Of a stretch of 44,414 bases of DNA, positions 33,634 to 43,979 are shown piece after piece. The notes beneath the pieces are model-generated. The model saw only the letters and a program-made list of their open reading frames with translations, was not told the origin of the DNA and searched no databases. A program made the translations under genes and the position numbers. This DNA comes from Bacteroidales bacterium (GTDB lineage: Bacteria > Bacteroidota > Bacteroidia > Bacteroidales > VadinHA17). Numbering within the stretch: position 1 is the stretch's first letter; each line of letters starts with the position of its first letter. The stretch lies in contig PMNJ01000345.1 of assembly GCA_003162595.1 (NCBI GenBank), positions 1 to 44,414 of the forward strand. Reading direction: 5' to 3'.

Positions 33634-33712
33634 TTTCAATAAATTAAGTTTTTTAAAAATATGTTCTTCTATTAAAGACACATAGCAGTAAAATTAAATT
33701 AGTTTTACGAAG

Positions 33713-36493
33713 TTATTTAGTTATCCTGAAGGAATACTTTCCCGACCCGATATAGCATATAAGTTGTCCATTCCCCCTTTTCAAAACCTGAACATCGGAA
33801 GATTTCCCTAATACTTTGTCCCCTTCCGTAACGATTGAGGTTTCATTTACAGGAAGAAACAATGTTGCTGATGAATTAGCAGGAATTTCAACGTTAATAA
33901 GGGTAAAATCCTTTCGTTTTTCCCAGTTACATATAATTTGGCCATAAGGTGACTGATACGAAGTGTTTGCAAAATTAATATCTCCAACCATTTCAGGCTT
34001 TATAAGTATTTCTTTGAAACCATAGGAATTTGACTGTTGATCAATTCCGCCTAAGCTTTCATAAAACCACTCCATCAAGTGGCCTAACATCATATGATTG
34101 TTAGAGGATATTTCATTTGCTGACCAGGATTCGGTTAATGAAGTTGCTCCTCTTTTTAATTGGAAACCATATCCGGGAACATCGTCGCGTGCGTTCATTT
34201 CGAATAACAACTGTGATTTTCCGTTTTTTGTCAGAGCTTCAATAAGGTAATGAAATCCAATATCTCCTGCGGTGAGGGCCTTATTGCCGGTAATGATTGA
34301 ATCAACCAGGTTATTCAGAACTTGTTCTTTGATCTTTTCATCAACCAGTCCAAAACAAAGTGGCATCGACATGGCTGTCTGGCTTCCGGTTGAATATACG
34401 TTGGTTTTAGTATTAAAGAATTTATTATTGAAAGCTAGTTTCACTTTCTCTGACCAATCAAAATAAAAGCTTTTCTCCTGGTCTTTATGGAGTACTTCTG
34501 CCATTTGTGCGAGCAATTTAAGATCGTAATAATAAATTGCGGTTGCCGTAAGCTCGCGTGGAGTGAGCTGTGCCGGTCCGGGATCTTTAGGCCCCAGGTC
34601 GTACCAGTCACCAAGGCCGTACGAGAGAATATGATTATTTGCCTTGGTTCCCAGGTATTTTACATAACGGGTCATCATTGGCCAGGCCTTTTCCATAACC
34701 GACTGATCTCCATACCATTTATGTACCAGCCATGGTAAAATAACAGAAGCGCTTCCCCATTCGGGAGAATCACGGAAGCCATCTCCAAATGGCACATATT
34801 CCGGAGCGATATCTGGCACGAGGCCATTCTCCAATTGAGAATCCGACATATCGTTCACAATCTTTTTGTATAGGTGCAAAATGTCGAAATTAAAATTCAC
34901 GGAATTCCCCATCAGAAAAGTTTGTTCGAGCCATCCCAGTTTTTCCCTATGGGGACAGTCAGTAACTATACTTTGGAAGTTGCTTTTTATGGCCCAGTTT
35001 ATTAAGGTATAGATGCGGTTAAAAAGTTCGTTTGAGCATTGAAAAGAACCATTCTGCGGACTGGAGTTTCGGGTATGCATTAAACTTAAAGAAATAACCG
35101 CAGGAAGTTCGCCTGGTGATTTGGATGTATCGGGGATTGCTCCTTCAACCATTACATAGCGGAAACCATAATAGGTAAATTTCGGCCTCCAGGTTTCAAC
35201 TCCGTCTCCTTTGAGGGTATAGTTAAAATAGTATGGCTCTCCGCTGGCTTTCTGATTAATTTCTTTTTGAGGTGTAAGTAATTCCCCGGGAATGAGTTTA
35301 ATTACCTGTCCTTTTTTCCCTTTAACCTTCAATTCAATAATACCTGAAGCATTTTGACCAAAATCGTATAAATATTTTCCGGTTTCATTCTTTTGGATAG
35401 CCTTTGTATTAAATGTTTCCTCAACAGTAACTGAATAATCCTGTTCAGCCTTAAGAGTCCCTTTTGGCACATGTGGAAGGATTGCTGCTTTCCAGATACG
35501 ATCATCGAACCCTTGTCTCTCCCAGCCTTTTTGCTCGAGACGGGCATCGTAATCTTCACCACCGTAAATACTGGAATAGGTAATTGCCGAAGGAGCTGTT
35601 TTCCAGTCAGCCCCGGAAACAATATTTTCCTCTGAACCATCGGAATAGGTGATCTTTAGTTTGCATATCATCTTAGGCATGCCATAAGCAATAATCAGTT
35701 TCCAGTACCGCTCGCGGTTAATATTATAAAAACCGTTGCCAACAATCGCTCCAATAACATTTTCCCCTGTCTCAAGGTTTTTAGTTACATCATATGTATT
35801 ATATAAAATAGTTTTATCATAACTTGTCCATCCGGGAGTTAAAAAGCCTTTCCCTATTTTTGTACCATTCATGTAAACTTCGTATTGACCTAACCCGGTG
35901 ATAAAAAGACTGGCAGAGGCAATTTTCCTGCTGAGTTCAAATTCTTTTCTGAACAAAGGAATAACAGGCCTCTGCAATGCTTTATTCCCTATATTGTTTT
36001 GAACTGAGGCCATGCCAGGGACAACTCTCATGGAATCGGGTAAATCTTCATAGCCAATCCATTGGGCGTTGCTCCAGTCGCCCGCGTTCATCAGCCCCAT
36101 TCCCCAGGTTGCAGATTCGCTCCATCCTGTAGTTTTGCCCGAATCATCCCAAACCATTACCTTCCAGAAATAGCGTTTTGAGGATTGTAACGGTACTCCC
36201 TTATATGGAATAAGGATAGATGCGCTTGAGTTAATTTTTTTACTATCCCATACATTTCCAAGTTCAGCAGAAAGTTTATTGGGATTGTCGGATACGATTA
36301 TCCTATAGGCAGACTGTTTAAAATTTCTGATTTCTGATTGTATTTGCCAGCTTAAAACAGGATGCAGAGCATCAATACCCAGGGGGTTGATGAAATTTTC
36401 ACATTTCAGGTTTGTAACCTTAATGTAATTTTTTTCTGGTGCATTTGAAGTAAATACAATGAGTACCAGACAAATGGTTACTAAAAATTTCAT
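33713..36493 (-). CDS. GH78 alpha-L-rhamnosidase
   Basis: N-terminal signature: LKCENFINPLGIDALHPVLSWQI...SAYRIIVS. Also LFITGLGQYEVYMNGTKIGKGFLTPGWTSYDKT and the catalytic-domain hallmark DCPHREKLGWLEQ. I trimmed the start to the ATG at 36493 (MKFLVTICLVLIVF... signal peptide). Confidence 0.9.
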   Translation of the reverse strand: MKFLVTICLVLIVFTSNAPEKNYIKVTNLKCENFINPLGIDALHPVLSWQIQSEIRNFKQSAYRIIVSDNPNKLSAELGNVWDSKKINSSASILIPYKGVPLQSSKRYFWKVMVWDDSGKTTGWSESATWGMGLMNAGDWSNAQWIGYEDLPDSMRVVPGMASVQNNIGNKALQRPVIPLFRKEFELSRKIASASLFITGLGQYEVYMNGTKIGKGFLTPGWTSYDKTILYNTYDVTKNLETGENVIGAIVGNGFYNINRERYWKLIIAYGMPKMICKLKITYSDGSEENIVSGADWKTAPSAITYSSIYGGEDYDARLEQKGWERQGFDDRIWKAAILPHVPKGTLKAEQDYSVTVEETFNTKAIQKNETGKYLYDFGQNASGIIELKVKGKKGQVIKLIPGELLTPQKEINQKASGEPYYFNYTLKGDGVETWRPKFTYYGFRYVMVEGAIPDTSKSPGELPAVISLSLMHTRNSSPQNGSFQCSNELFNRIYTLINWAIKSNFQSIVTDCPHREKLGWLEQTFLMGNSVNFNFDILHLYKKIVNDMSDSQLENGLVPDIAPEYVPFGDGFRDSPEWGSASVILPWLVHKWYGDQSVMEKAWPMMTRYVKYLGTKANNHILSYGLGDWYDLGPKDPGPAQLTPRELTATAIYYYDLKLLAQMAEVLHKDQEKSFYFDWSEKVKLAFNNKFFNTKTNVYSTGSQTAMSMPLCFGLVDEKIKEQVLNNLVDSIITGNKALTAGDIGFHYLIEALTKNGKSQLLFEMNARDDVPGYGFQLKRGATSLTESWSANEISSNNHMMLGHLMEWFYESLGGIDQQSNSYGFKEILIKPEMVGDINFANTSYQSPYGQIICNWEKRKDFTLINVEIPANSSATLFLPVNETSIVTEGDKVLGKSSDVQVLKRGNGQLICYIGSGKYSFRITK

Positions 36494-36537
36494 AGGGTTT
36501 TCAATAAATTTATGACTGAGCTTAGTTATTATCGCTA

Positions 36538-37080
36538 TCATTTGATTTCTATTTTAAATGCAATGGACGATGAATTCATTAAGCCACCAGAAAAAACAAT
36601 TTTCCAAACAGGGATTTTTACATCAGTATATCTTTCGGGATTCGATTCTATCTGGATCGCTAAAACCTCAATTCCGTTAACCCATACTTTTGGCCTCGAA
36701 ATGGATTGAATGAACATTGATTGAACTCCCGGAGGTGCCATAAACCTATACCATCCGAATTCTCCTTTTGATTGTGAGAAGCAATTAAAAGCAAGTACGG
36801 ATGGTTTAAGGTACCATTCTGTCGCGAGTTGAACTGGCTGTTTCCATTCTGAGGTTAGTTGGTTATCTTTGAAAACAAAATACCCACGACCCACAGCATT
36901 ATACTTCAAGATAACAGGATTGCTGCCAGATTTCAGTTCAACTCAATTCTGTACGTTTGGTAGTAACGCATGATTCAAATAGACTTTTACTGGCAATAAT
37001 CCGTTCTTGCTAATTTTTGCCTTCATTTGTTTTAGTACTGTAACCGTCTACCACAAATAATAAACTGAACCTTCTTTTTC
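36538..37080 (-). pseudogene. Decayed remnant of a glycoside-hydrolase C-terminal beta-sandwich (jelly-roll) domain
   Basis: The track ORF 36538-36909 begins at a TTG with no plausible ATG. Its translation, ...GEFGWYRFMAPPGVQSMFIQSISRPKVWVNGIEV..., resembles the accessory jelly-roll domains of GH2/GH106-type enzymes. The same frame continues upstream through an in-frame TGA (36943-36945): ...AKISKNGLLPVKVYLNHALLPNVQN*VELKSGSNPVIL. Further upstream, GSVYYLW / VVDGYSTK lie in different frames, implying a frameshift. Confidence 0.4.
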
Positions 37081-37126
37081 AGCTCTCAGAGGATAAACAG
37101 GTGCAGATTTATTTTACTTATCAGAC

Positions 37127-37155
37127 ATAAAAGAGGAGGCTTACCATATCTCCTC
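37127..37155 (-). terminator. Weak candidate intrinsic terminator after the GH31 gene
   Basis: The minus-strand RNA reads GAGGAG-AUAUGGUAAGC-CUCCUC-UUUUAU: a 6-bp stem, an 11-nt loop and a U4 tract, about 30 nt downstream of the stop at 37185. Confidence 0.3.
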
Positions 37156-37184
37156 AATTAAGAGACGCCTTATTATTGGTTTGA

Positions 37185-39578
37185 TTATTTTTTAATTTTA
37201 ATTTCTTTCCCGTTATACTCGACAATCTCTGCCTTTTTAGCCGGTTCTACTCCGGTGCCATTATTACTATTAACCAAAACAATTTTAAATGTTCTTTTCT
37301 CCAACATCCCGGGGAATTTACCATTTCTGTCATTTATTGTAAAGGTTTTTTCAGCTTCATTCCAGTTCATGGCAATTGTGGAATACTTTCCTGATTCGTA
37401 ATTATAGGTATCGTTTTCATCCTCATAAAGAACGAATTTGGCATCAGCGCCAGTATAGATACGGATTTCGATTGGGTCTGCAGCTTTTTCAGTAGCATAC
37501 TGAAGGTAGGGTCCCATTGGGATAATTGAACCGGCCCTTATATAAAGAGGAATGGTTTCGATTGGAGCATCAGCATCTATTGTTTGTCCGCCGGTAATCA
37601 ATTTACCTGTCCAGAAGTCGTACCAATTTGCCATTTTCGGAAGATATACCTTTCTGGTTTTCTTAATATCCTTGTTATTTGAAAGACTATATAAACTCTT
37701 TGTGACCGGGCTCACCATAAAAGCCGGACCAAACATATACTGATCAGGAATTGATTTAATAGCAGCATCATCAGGAAAATCGAAAGCAAGCGATCGCATA
37801 ATGGTATAGCCTTCGCTGGTTACTTTCCAGGCAAGCGAATAGATGTAAGGTAAAAGCCGGTAGCGTAAATTGTCGTAATTCAACAATATAGATTTCGTTG
37901 TGGCATCCCAGTTGTCGGAGAATAGAGCCCTCTCGCCTTTTCCGTGAATTCTGAAAATGGGGCTGAATGTTCCGAACTGAAACCATCGTGTAAATAACTC
38001 ACGGTTATTCGGTGTTGACCAATCAGGAGCCTGCCAGTGAAAATGGTAGCCGCCAATATCTGAAGTCCAGTAAGGAATACCCGATGCACATGCATTAATC
38101 CCCTGAGGTACCTGGTTCCTGTAAGCATTCCATGTGCAGGTAACATCTGACGACCATAATGTTGCAGCATTTCTTTGCTGCCCTGCAAATGCCTGACGGA
38201 TAAGGAAAAAGGCTCTTTTTTCCGGAATATCTCTTCTCCAGTTATTGTATAAACCGGTAGCATGCATTAAGGAATAAGTATTCATGTAATCTATACCCCT
38301 TCCAATAGCAAAATTGCTTTTTCTTCTTGCATCAAGATCGCCTCCGTTATCGGGTTCGCACTGGTCAATCCACCATGCATCCCAGCCGTAACGCCCTATC
38401 AGACTGTCGTATGCCTGTTTCCAATATAGTGCTCGGGCCTGAGGGCTGTGAGCATCATAATAACTATCCATAATATGGGTCATTGCATTATCCCATAAAA
38501 TATCTGTCATTCCTCCGGAATGAGTCATCTGGTCAAATGTCTTTGTCCCTTTTGAGAAAACAGGCCAGATGGAAATCATGGCATGAATATTTGCCTTATG
38601 CAATTCATCGACCATTGCTTTTGGGTCGGGGTATCTTTCGGGCCACATTACGTGCGATCCAATAACATTTGGTTCCCAGTAGAACCAATCCTGGACAATA
38701 CAATCAACAGGGATTTTGTTAATACGGTATTTATCTTTAACCGATAAAATTTCTGCCTGACTTTTGTACCTGTCCTGCGACTGGAAAAGGCCAAATGACC
38801 ATTTCGGGAACATTGGGGCGGTTCCCGTGGCATTGCGGTAAGAAGCTACTATATGATCGAAATCGGGGCCATAGATTAAATAATAATCGACCATATTACC
38901 ACTTTCCGATACATATTTGAATTTGGTATTTGCAGCCTCAGCACCAAAGAAGCTGGCAACCGAGTAATTATCCCACATAAGGCCATAACCTCTGGTAGAG
39001 AGAAGTACCGGAATTGCACCAGTCATATACTTGATAGCCATTTCCTGATTCCGGCCTTTATAGTTTATCGAAAGAGAATCTTCAGGATGACATCCCAGAC
39101 CATAAAGTGATTCATCTGCCGGAGAATCAAACTGAGTTGTGCAACTATAAACCGGAATACCGGCAACTGTAGCCTCTGACATCGATTTACCATTCAATTC
39201 ATCCTCGCTAAGAATAAGATTTCCTTTTAGATCTGTGTATTTGACAAAATTGCTAATCTTGTTTACTATTACCTTTAACTGGGCTGTACTTATGATAATT
39301 TCGCTGGTATTCTCATTTATTGTGAAGCCAGGAGTGATTTTCCATTCATTTGTGATTACCAGTGAAGGTTTGTCAAGGAATAATGGCAACGAAGTGTATT
39401 TTACCTCAACAATATTGTCCGTGCATATTTTCACTTTCATCATTCCTTTGTCCAGTATGCAGGTTATCCCATCGTTGTTTTTTGTAAATGATACAACTTT
39501 TGCCTGAGTTGCAACAGAGAAGATAACTAATGCCAGTACTGACAGGAGTTTTTTGGTTTTAAAAGCCGTAAGTTTCAT
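37185..39578 (-). CDS. GH31 glycoside hydrolase (alpha-xylosidase/alpha-glucosidase type)
   Basis: 797 aa with a signal peptide. GH31 patterns: IPVDCIVQDWFYW, a nucleophile region DAWWIDQCEPD, an acid/base region TLWSSDV...YWTSDIGGYH, and RWFQFGTFSPIFRIHG. Confidence 0.9.
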   Translation of the reverse strand: MKLTAFKTKKLLSVLALVIFSVATQAKVVSFTKNNDGITCILDKGMMKVKICTDNIVEVKYTSLPLFLDKPSLVITNEWKITPGFTINENTSEIIISTAQLKVIVNKISNFVKYTDLKGNLILSEDELNGKSMSEATVAGIPVYSCTTQFDSPADESLYGLGCHPEDSLSINYKGRNQEMAIKYMTGAIPVLLSTRGYGLMWDNYSVASFFGAEAANTKFKYVSESGNMVDYYLIYGPDFDHIVASYRNATGTAPMFPKWSFGLFQSQDRYKSQAEILSVKDKYRINKIPVDCIVQDWFYWEPNVIGSHVMWPERYPDPKAMVDELHKANIHAMISIWPVFSKGTKTFDQMTHSGGMTDILWDNAMTHIMDSYYDAHSPQARALYWKQAYDSLIGRYGWDAWWIDQCEPDNGGDLDARRKSNFAIGRGIDYMNTYSLMHATGLYNNWRRDIPEKRAFFLIRQAFAGQQRNAATLWSSDVTCTWNAYRNQVPQGINACASGIPYWTSDIGGYHFHWQAPDWSTPNNRELFTRWFQFGTFSPIFRIHGKGERALFSDNWDATTKSILLNYDNLRYRLLPYIYSLAWKVTSEGYTIMRSLAFDFPDDAAIKSIPDQYMFGPAFMVSPVTKSLYSLSNNKDIKKTRKVYLPKMANWYDFWTGKLITGGQTIDADAPIETIPLYIRAGSIIPMGPYLQYATEKAADPIEIRIYTGADAKFVLYEDENDTYNYESGKYSTIAMNWNEAEKTFTINDRNGKFPGMLEKRTFKIVLVNSNNGTGVEPAKKAEIVEYNGKEIKIKK

Positions 39579-39708
39579 TTTTAAGTTTTAAGTTTCAAAT
39601 ACTAATTAGTCTGGATAATTATAAATATTTACCTGTATTATTGTTCATTTAGTCCAGCAAATGTAAAGAATTGAGCAGTGTTTTCAAAGTGATTCTGTTA
39701 TTATTCCA

Positions 39709-41373
39709 TCATCGTTCATAAGAAACTGTTTTGAAATGGAATATGGCTGATTCTGAGGGATAAGCACGGTATTTCCCAATTCTGTAAACCGGATCGCCAC
39801 TGCTCAAAAATCCTGCTTCATCACCATTATGGAGTACGATTGGTTTCCATAGACCATTTACATATGTTCCTTCCCAGGCGTCTTTCAACCATACTTCCTT
39901 TTTAGGGTTTGTGGAGTAAGTACTGACAGCAAGGTTCATCCCTGCTACAATAAACTCGTTCTCACCGGTCTGTATAAAAATGCCATAACAGGCAGGATTT
40001 CTCGGCCTTGCAAAAGGATTATTTGGTTCAGCAACAGGTGGACGACGGAAGAATGGCCTCTGAAACTTTATTGAGACTGTAATATCGCTGTTTAATTTGA
40101 TATCGCGACCAATAGTATCGCCCTGACTTTTATAAAGCCCGAACATTTTACCACTACCCTGATATTTGGTAATCAGTGGCATCAACCTGGTTAACAGCTC
40201 ATACTCATTAGCCATAACATTCCCCTGGTTATCAATACCAAAGGGAGAAAAGCAGATGGCATCGTGTTCGGCAAAAGCGTAAGTCCCCGGACCATCGGTA
40301 GTATTCGTTTCCGGTATAAACAAGGGGTTATCGGCCCTGTGAAAAAATCTGGCCTCATCCTTGAAATCACCGCCATAAAGGTCGGGTGACAGTATATCAA
40401 TTGACGGCGCACCTTCCTTCCAGATGTCATGCACGGTCAAAATAGGGCCGCCACTAGGGTAATTTCCCGGTTTTCCAGGATTCGGCCGTGGGTTGGGCAT
40501 CCAGCAGTTTGCATACATTGGAATATTGTAGGCTTTTTTCCCAGATTCAGCAACTGCGTTTAAATAACGGGAATAATTCCAGGCCATAAAGAATAAATCG
40601 GCATCATCATTCTTCCCAAATATTTCAGCCCAGGTACCTTTTGTTTTGGAACCATTACTCTCCCAGACAGTTTTCAGTTCAATCTGCAGGGTCTGCCTGT
40701 TTTTTATCATGTATTGAATAAGTTCTTCGGGTACCTGCGATTCAAACGTTTTATTGGCTTCTGAACTGAAGTCCCTCGTCTGACCAAGTGTTCCCACTTC
40801 ATTTTCAACCTGAATCACAAGGATAGTGTTCTCTTTACTATCAACTTCAGCTATATGCTTCATCAGTGCATTGAACGCTTTGGCATCAGCATCACAGGTT
40901 GCAGCGCATAGGGGAGTAAGAGTACGTGTATTTTCACCCTTGTCGTTCTTAACCCTTGCAAACCGTTTGGTATCGCTTATTACCCATACAGGTGCGTAAG
41001 GTGAAAGACCATTTTTCCATGTACCAAACCACAAAATTCCCAGTTTCATATCATTTTCACGGGCAACTCTTATGAGTTCATCCACTGAGGTAAAATCAAA
41101 TATGCCTTCTTTTGGTTCAATAATTTCCCAGGAAACAGAAACCAGAACCGAATTCAGATTAGCATCGTGCAAGTCCTTCATTGTTTTTGCCATATAGGGA
41201 ATATTGGAGCCCGATGAATTATTTACTTCACCGGCCAGCATTAAAAATGGCTTTCCATGAACAATTAACTGAATTGCACCGTAATCATTTTTCTTAAGAG
41301 CAGGGATCTGTGCATTTGCTGCATTGAAGAAAATAAGACCTACCAGAATAAGTATTGAATTTTTCATTTTCAT
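39709..41373 (-). CDS. GH35-related beta-galactosidase-like protein with a DUF5597-type C-terminal domain
   Basis: IQLIVHGKPFLMLAGEVNNSSGS...SVSWEIIEPKEGIFDFTSVDELIRVARENDMKLGILWFGTWKNGLSPYAPVWV matches my recollection of the GH35/DUF5597 family. A candidate acid/base lies in IQVENEVG and a candidate nucleophile in FIPETN. I trimmed the start to the ATG at 41373 (MKMKNSILILVG...). Confidence 0.8.
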   Translation of the reverse strand: MKMKNSILILVGLIFFNAANAQIPALKKNDYGAIQLIVHGKPFLMLAGEVNNSSGSNIPYMAKTMKDLHDANLNSVLVSVSWEIIEPKEGIFDFTSVDELIRVARENDMKLGILWFGTWKNGLSPYAPVWVISDTKRFARVKNDKGENTRTLTPLCAATCDADAKAFNALMKHIAEVDSKENTILVIQVENEVGTLGQTRDFSSEANKTFESQVPEELIQYMIKNRQTLQIELKTVWESNGSKTKGTWAEIFGKNDDADLFFMAWNYSRYLNAVAESGKKAYNIPMYANCWMPNPRPNPGKPGNYPSGGPILTVHDIWKEGAPSIDILSPDLYGGDFKDEARFFHRADNPLFIPETNTTDGPGTYAFAEHDAICFSPFGIDNQGNVMANEYELLTRLMPLITKYQGSGKMFGLYKSQGDTIGRDIKLNSDITVSIKFQRPFFRRPPVAEPNNPFARPRNPACYGIFIQTGENEFIVAGMNLAVSTYSTNPKKEVWLKDAWEGTYVNGLWKPIVLHNGDEAGFLSSGDPVYRIGKYRAYPSESAIFHFKTVSYER

Positions 41374-41521
41374 TAGAATATTATGAATTGTAAATATTTT
41401 TGAAACATCAAAGGGAAAACTGAACAAAATAACAAACTCATCCAATTCGATGGACCAGGTAACAGGCTAACCATTTTGAGCTTTTTCATGATGATAGAGT
41501 TCATTTATTATTCATGCTTGT

Positions 41522-43936
41522 TTACTTAATATTCTGCCACTCTATTTCCATCTTTTGTCCTTTCTTCAGAATAACTTCCTTTTGTTTGTTGCCACATATC
41601 AGTAAGGTCTTCCCATCTGCTTTTGCATAAATAACAAGGTTTTTCAATTTTTTTTGTGCCCAATCCATTGAAATCTCGTAGCCTCCCCTGGCACATATCC
41701 CTTTTACTGAACCACTTTCCCATGCGTCAGGAAGCGCCGGAAGAAGTCGTATTTCATTTTCTGACGATTGAAGCAGCATTTCAACCACCGCGGCGGAGCC
41801 GCCAAAATTACCATCAATCTGAAAGGGCGGACAAGCGTCAAATAAATTGGCATATGTGCCGCCTCCTTCTGAATAGTACGGATCGTCGCTATTAACTGCG
41901 ACATATTTCAGCAATTCACGATACATTTTATAAGCATGGTTTCCATCACCAAGCCGTGCCCATAGATTTATACGCCAGCCTTTGGACCAACCGGTAGTCT
42001 GATCACCTTTTATTTCCAGGGTTTTCCGGCAGGCATTTGCCAGTTCGGGTGTTTGTACCAGGTCTATCGAATGGCCGGGATAAAGACCAAAGAGGTGAGA
42101 CTGATGACGATGTTGCGGGTCTTCATCTTTCCAATCATAATACCATTCCTGCAGATTCCCGTTCTTACCTATCATATAAGGATGTAAACGGGCCAGAGCA
42201 TCTTCAAGTTTTGTTCTGAAATCTACATCAGTATTTAAGATACGGGATGCTCTGATTGTCTGGGCAAAACATTCACGTATCATTGCCAGATCTGCTGTTC
42301 CACCATATAAAGTTGCCCCATGATATCCCTTATCTGTAATGTACCTGTTCTCCGGTGAAGTTGACGGAGAGGTGATTAATTTACCGTCTTTGTCTTCTAC
42401 AAGCCAATCGAGGCAGAACTGAGCAGCGCCCTTCATGAGAGGATATCCACTATTTTTAAGAAAATCAATGTCTTTTGTGAAAATATAGTGTTCCCATAAA
42501 TTGGTGCTCAGCCAGGTTCCTCCCATGTTCCAGTTGGCCCAGGAAGGATCTCCTGATCCGAAATTACCAACAGGGTTGCTCATGGCCCAGATGTCGGAAT
42601 TGTGGCAGAGTACCCATCCATTGCAGCCATAGAAAGTTTGTGCCGTTATCGCTCCGGTTACCGATGCATTCTTAATAAAAGTCAGCAATGGCCGGTACAT
42701 CTCTGAAAGATTGCTGTTCTCAGACAGCCAGTAGTTCTCCTCTAAATTTATGTTTGTGGTATAGTTACAGCTCCATGGCGGACGAAGGTATGGGTTCCAC
42801 ATTCCCTGCAGATTAGCCGGCACTCCCGGAGTACGTGAACTGCTGATAAGCAAGTACCGGCCATACTGGAAATAAAGTATCTCCAGGGTTTTATCTTCTT
42901 TCCCTTCCGAATACCGCTTTAGCCTTTCATTTGTTGGTAAATCGGGAGCATCAGTTTTTCCAAGTGTCAGACTTACGCGGTTAAAATATTTCTGGTAATC
43001 GGCCAGATGGGATGATTTCAACTGCTGAAACGATTTTGGAAAAGCTTTTCCCATTTGCCCTTTGGCAAGACTTTCATCATTCAGACCCTCTGATGCCGGG
43101 TCCTTATCAAAGCCGTTAAAGCTGGTAGCTATTGATACATAAACCAATGCTTCAGTAGCATCTTTAACTCCAAGTGTACTGTCTGAAGTAACAATTCTTC
43201 CGTCGCTGTTTTTAATTTTAAAGAGGGCCGTAAAGCGTGTTCCCTTTTTTTCATTAAAAACTATTGCATCAGGAATATCTCCCAAATAGTTTGGAACTGC
43301 ATGCATGGGCGCATATCCTTCTGCTTTTAAATCAGAATTTTCAAGTGATATTTTATATTTCAAAAGGCTGTTGAACCTGATACTGAAATTTAAAGCTGCC
43401 TTTTTCGAGCTTGCAAGCCTGATGATCATTACCTGATCGGGATAAGAAATGAAGTATTCGCGAGTATATGTAATACCATTAATATCATACTTCACTTTAG
43501 AAACTGCATCCCCAATATTCAACTCACGGTAATAATCCTTTGGTTCACCATTTTGTTTCATATCAATAAATAAAGTGCCCAGCGGACAATATGATTCTGA
43601 AAATTTACCCTGTAATTTGTGCTGCAACTGATCGGCCAGTTTATAATCGTCATTTTTCAGGGCCTCCCTTATGGCTGGCAGGTTTTTATATGCTTCCGGA
43701 TTCATATTTGCGTCTACCGGACCACCTGACCATAATGTTATATCGTTCAGATAAATTTTATCGGAGTTTATACCTCCAAATACCGATGCACCCATTTTAC
43801 CATTCCCCAGCACCAGACTTTCTTCAAAATACCGGGCAGGCTGGTCGTACCAGAGGGTGTTTCCCGATTGCGCAAGAATATTGGTTGTTTCCGATATAAT
43901 CAGCGACAGAGTAATAACTGCAATTGCTTTTTTCAT
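41522..43936 (-). CDS. GH95 alpha-L-fucosidase / alpha-L-galactosidase family protein
   Basis: The N-terminal [28 protein letters not shown]...ITLWSGGP and the catalytic-domain [24 protein letters not shown] are classical GH95 blocks. 804 aa with a signal peptide. Confidence 0.9.
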   Translation of the reverse strand: MKKAIAVITLSLIISETTNILAQSGNTLWYDQPARYFEESLVLGNGKMGASVFGGINSDKIYLNDITLWSGGPVDANMNPEAYKNLPAIREALKNDDYKLADQLQHKLQGKFSESYCPLGTLFIDMKQNGEPKDYYRELNIGDAVSKVKYDINGITYTREYFISYPDQVMIIRLASSKKAALNFSIRFNSLLKYKISLENSDLKAEGYAPMHAVPNYLGDIPDAIVFNEKKGTRFTALFKIKNSDGRIVTSDSTLGVKDATEALVYVSIATSFNGFDKDPASEGLNDESLAKGQMGKAFPKSFQQLKSSHLADYQKYFNRVSLTLGKTDAPDLPTNERLKRYSEGKEDKTLEILYFQYGRYLLISSSRTPGVPANLQGMWNPYLRPPWSCNYTTNINLEENYWLSENSNLSEMYRPLLTFIKNASVTGAITAQTFYGCNGWVLCHNSDIWAMSNPVGNFGSGDPSWANWNMGGTWLSTNLWEHYIFTKDIDFLKNSGYPLMKGAAQFCLDWLVEDKDGKLITSPSTSPENRYITDKGYHGATLYGGTADLAMIRECFAQTIRASRILNTDVDFRTKLEDALARLHPYMIGKNGNLQEWYYDWKDEDPQHRHQSHLFGLYPGHSIDLVQTPELANACRKTLEIKGDQTTGWSKGWRINLWARLGDGNHAYKMYRELLKYVAVNSDDPYYSEGGGTYANLFDACPPFQIDGNFGGSAAVVEMLLQSSENEIRLLPALPDAWESGSVKGICARGGYEISMDWAQKKLKNLVIYAKADGKTLLICGNKQKEVILKKGQKMEIEWQNIK

Positions 43937-43979
43937 TTGTTATACATATTAGCAGATTTACAACACTTCAGACTTAATC

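Noticed and set aside
36494-36541. Upstream extensions of GH78 (to 36541), the isomerase (to 33681), the GH35-like gene (to 41445), SusC (to 29731) and GH2 (TTG at 21214)
   Set aside because: In each case an internal ATG immediately precedes a typical signal peptide or conserved N-terminus. The extensions add non-signal residues or use a non-ATG start.
36943-36945. In-frame TGA in the GH remnant as possible selenocysteine or recoding
   Set aside because: The surrounding ORF lacks an ATG start, and upstream homology is additionally frameshifted. Simple gene decay is the far more economical explanation.
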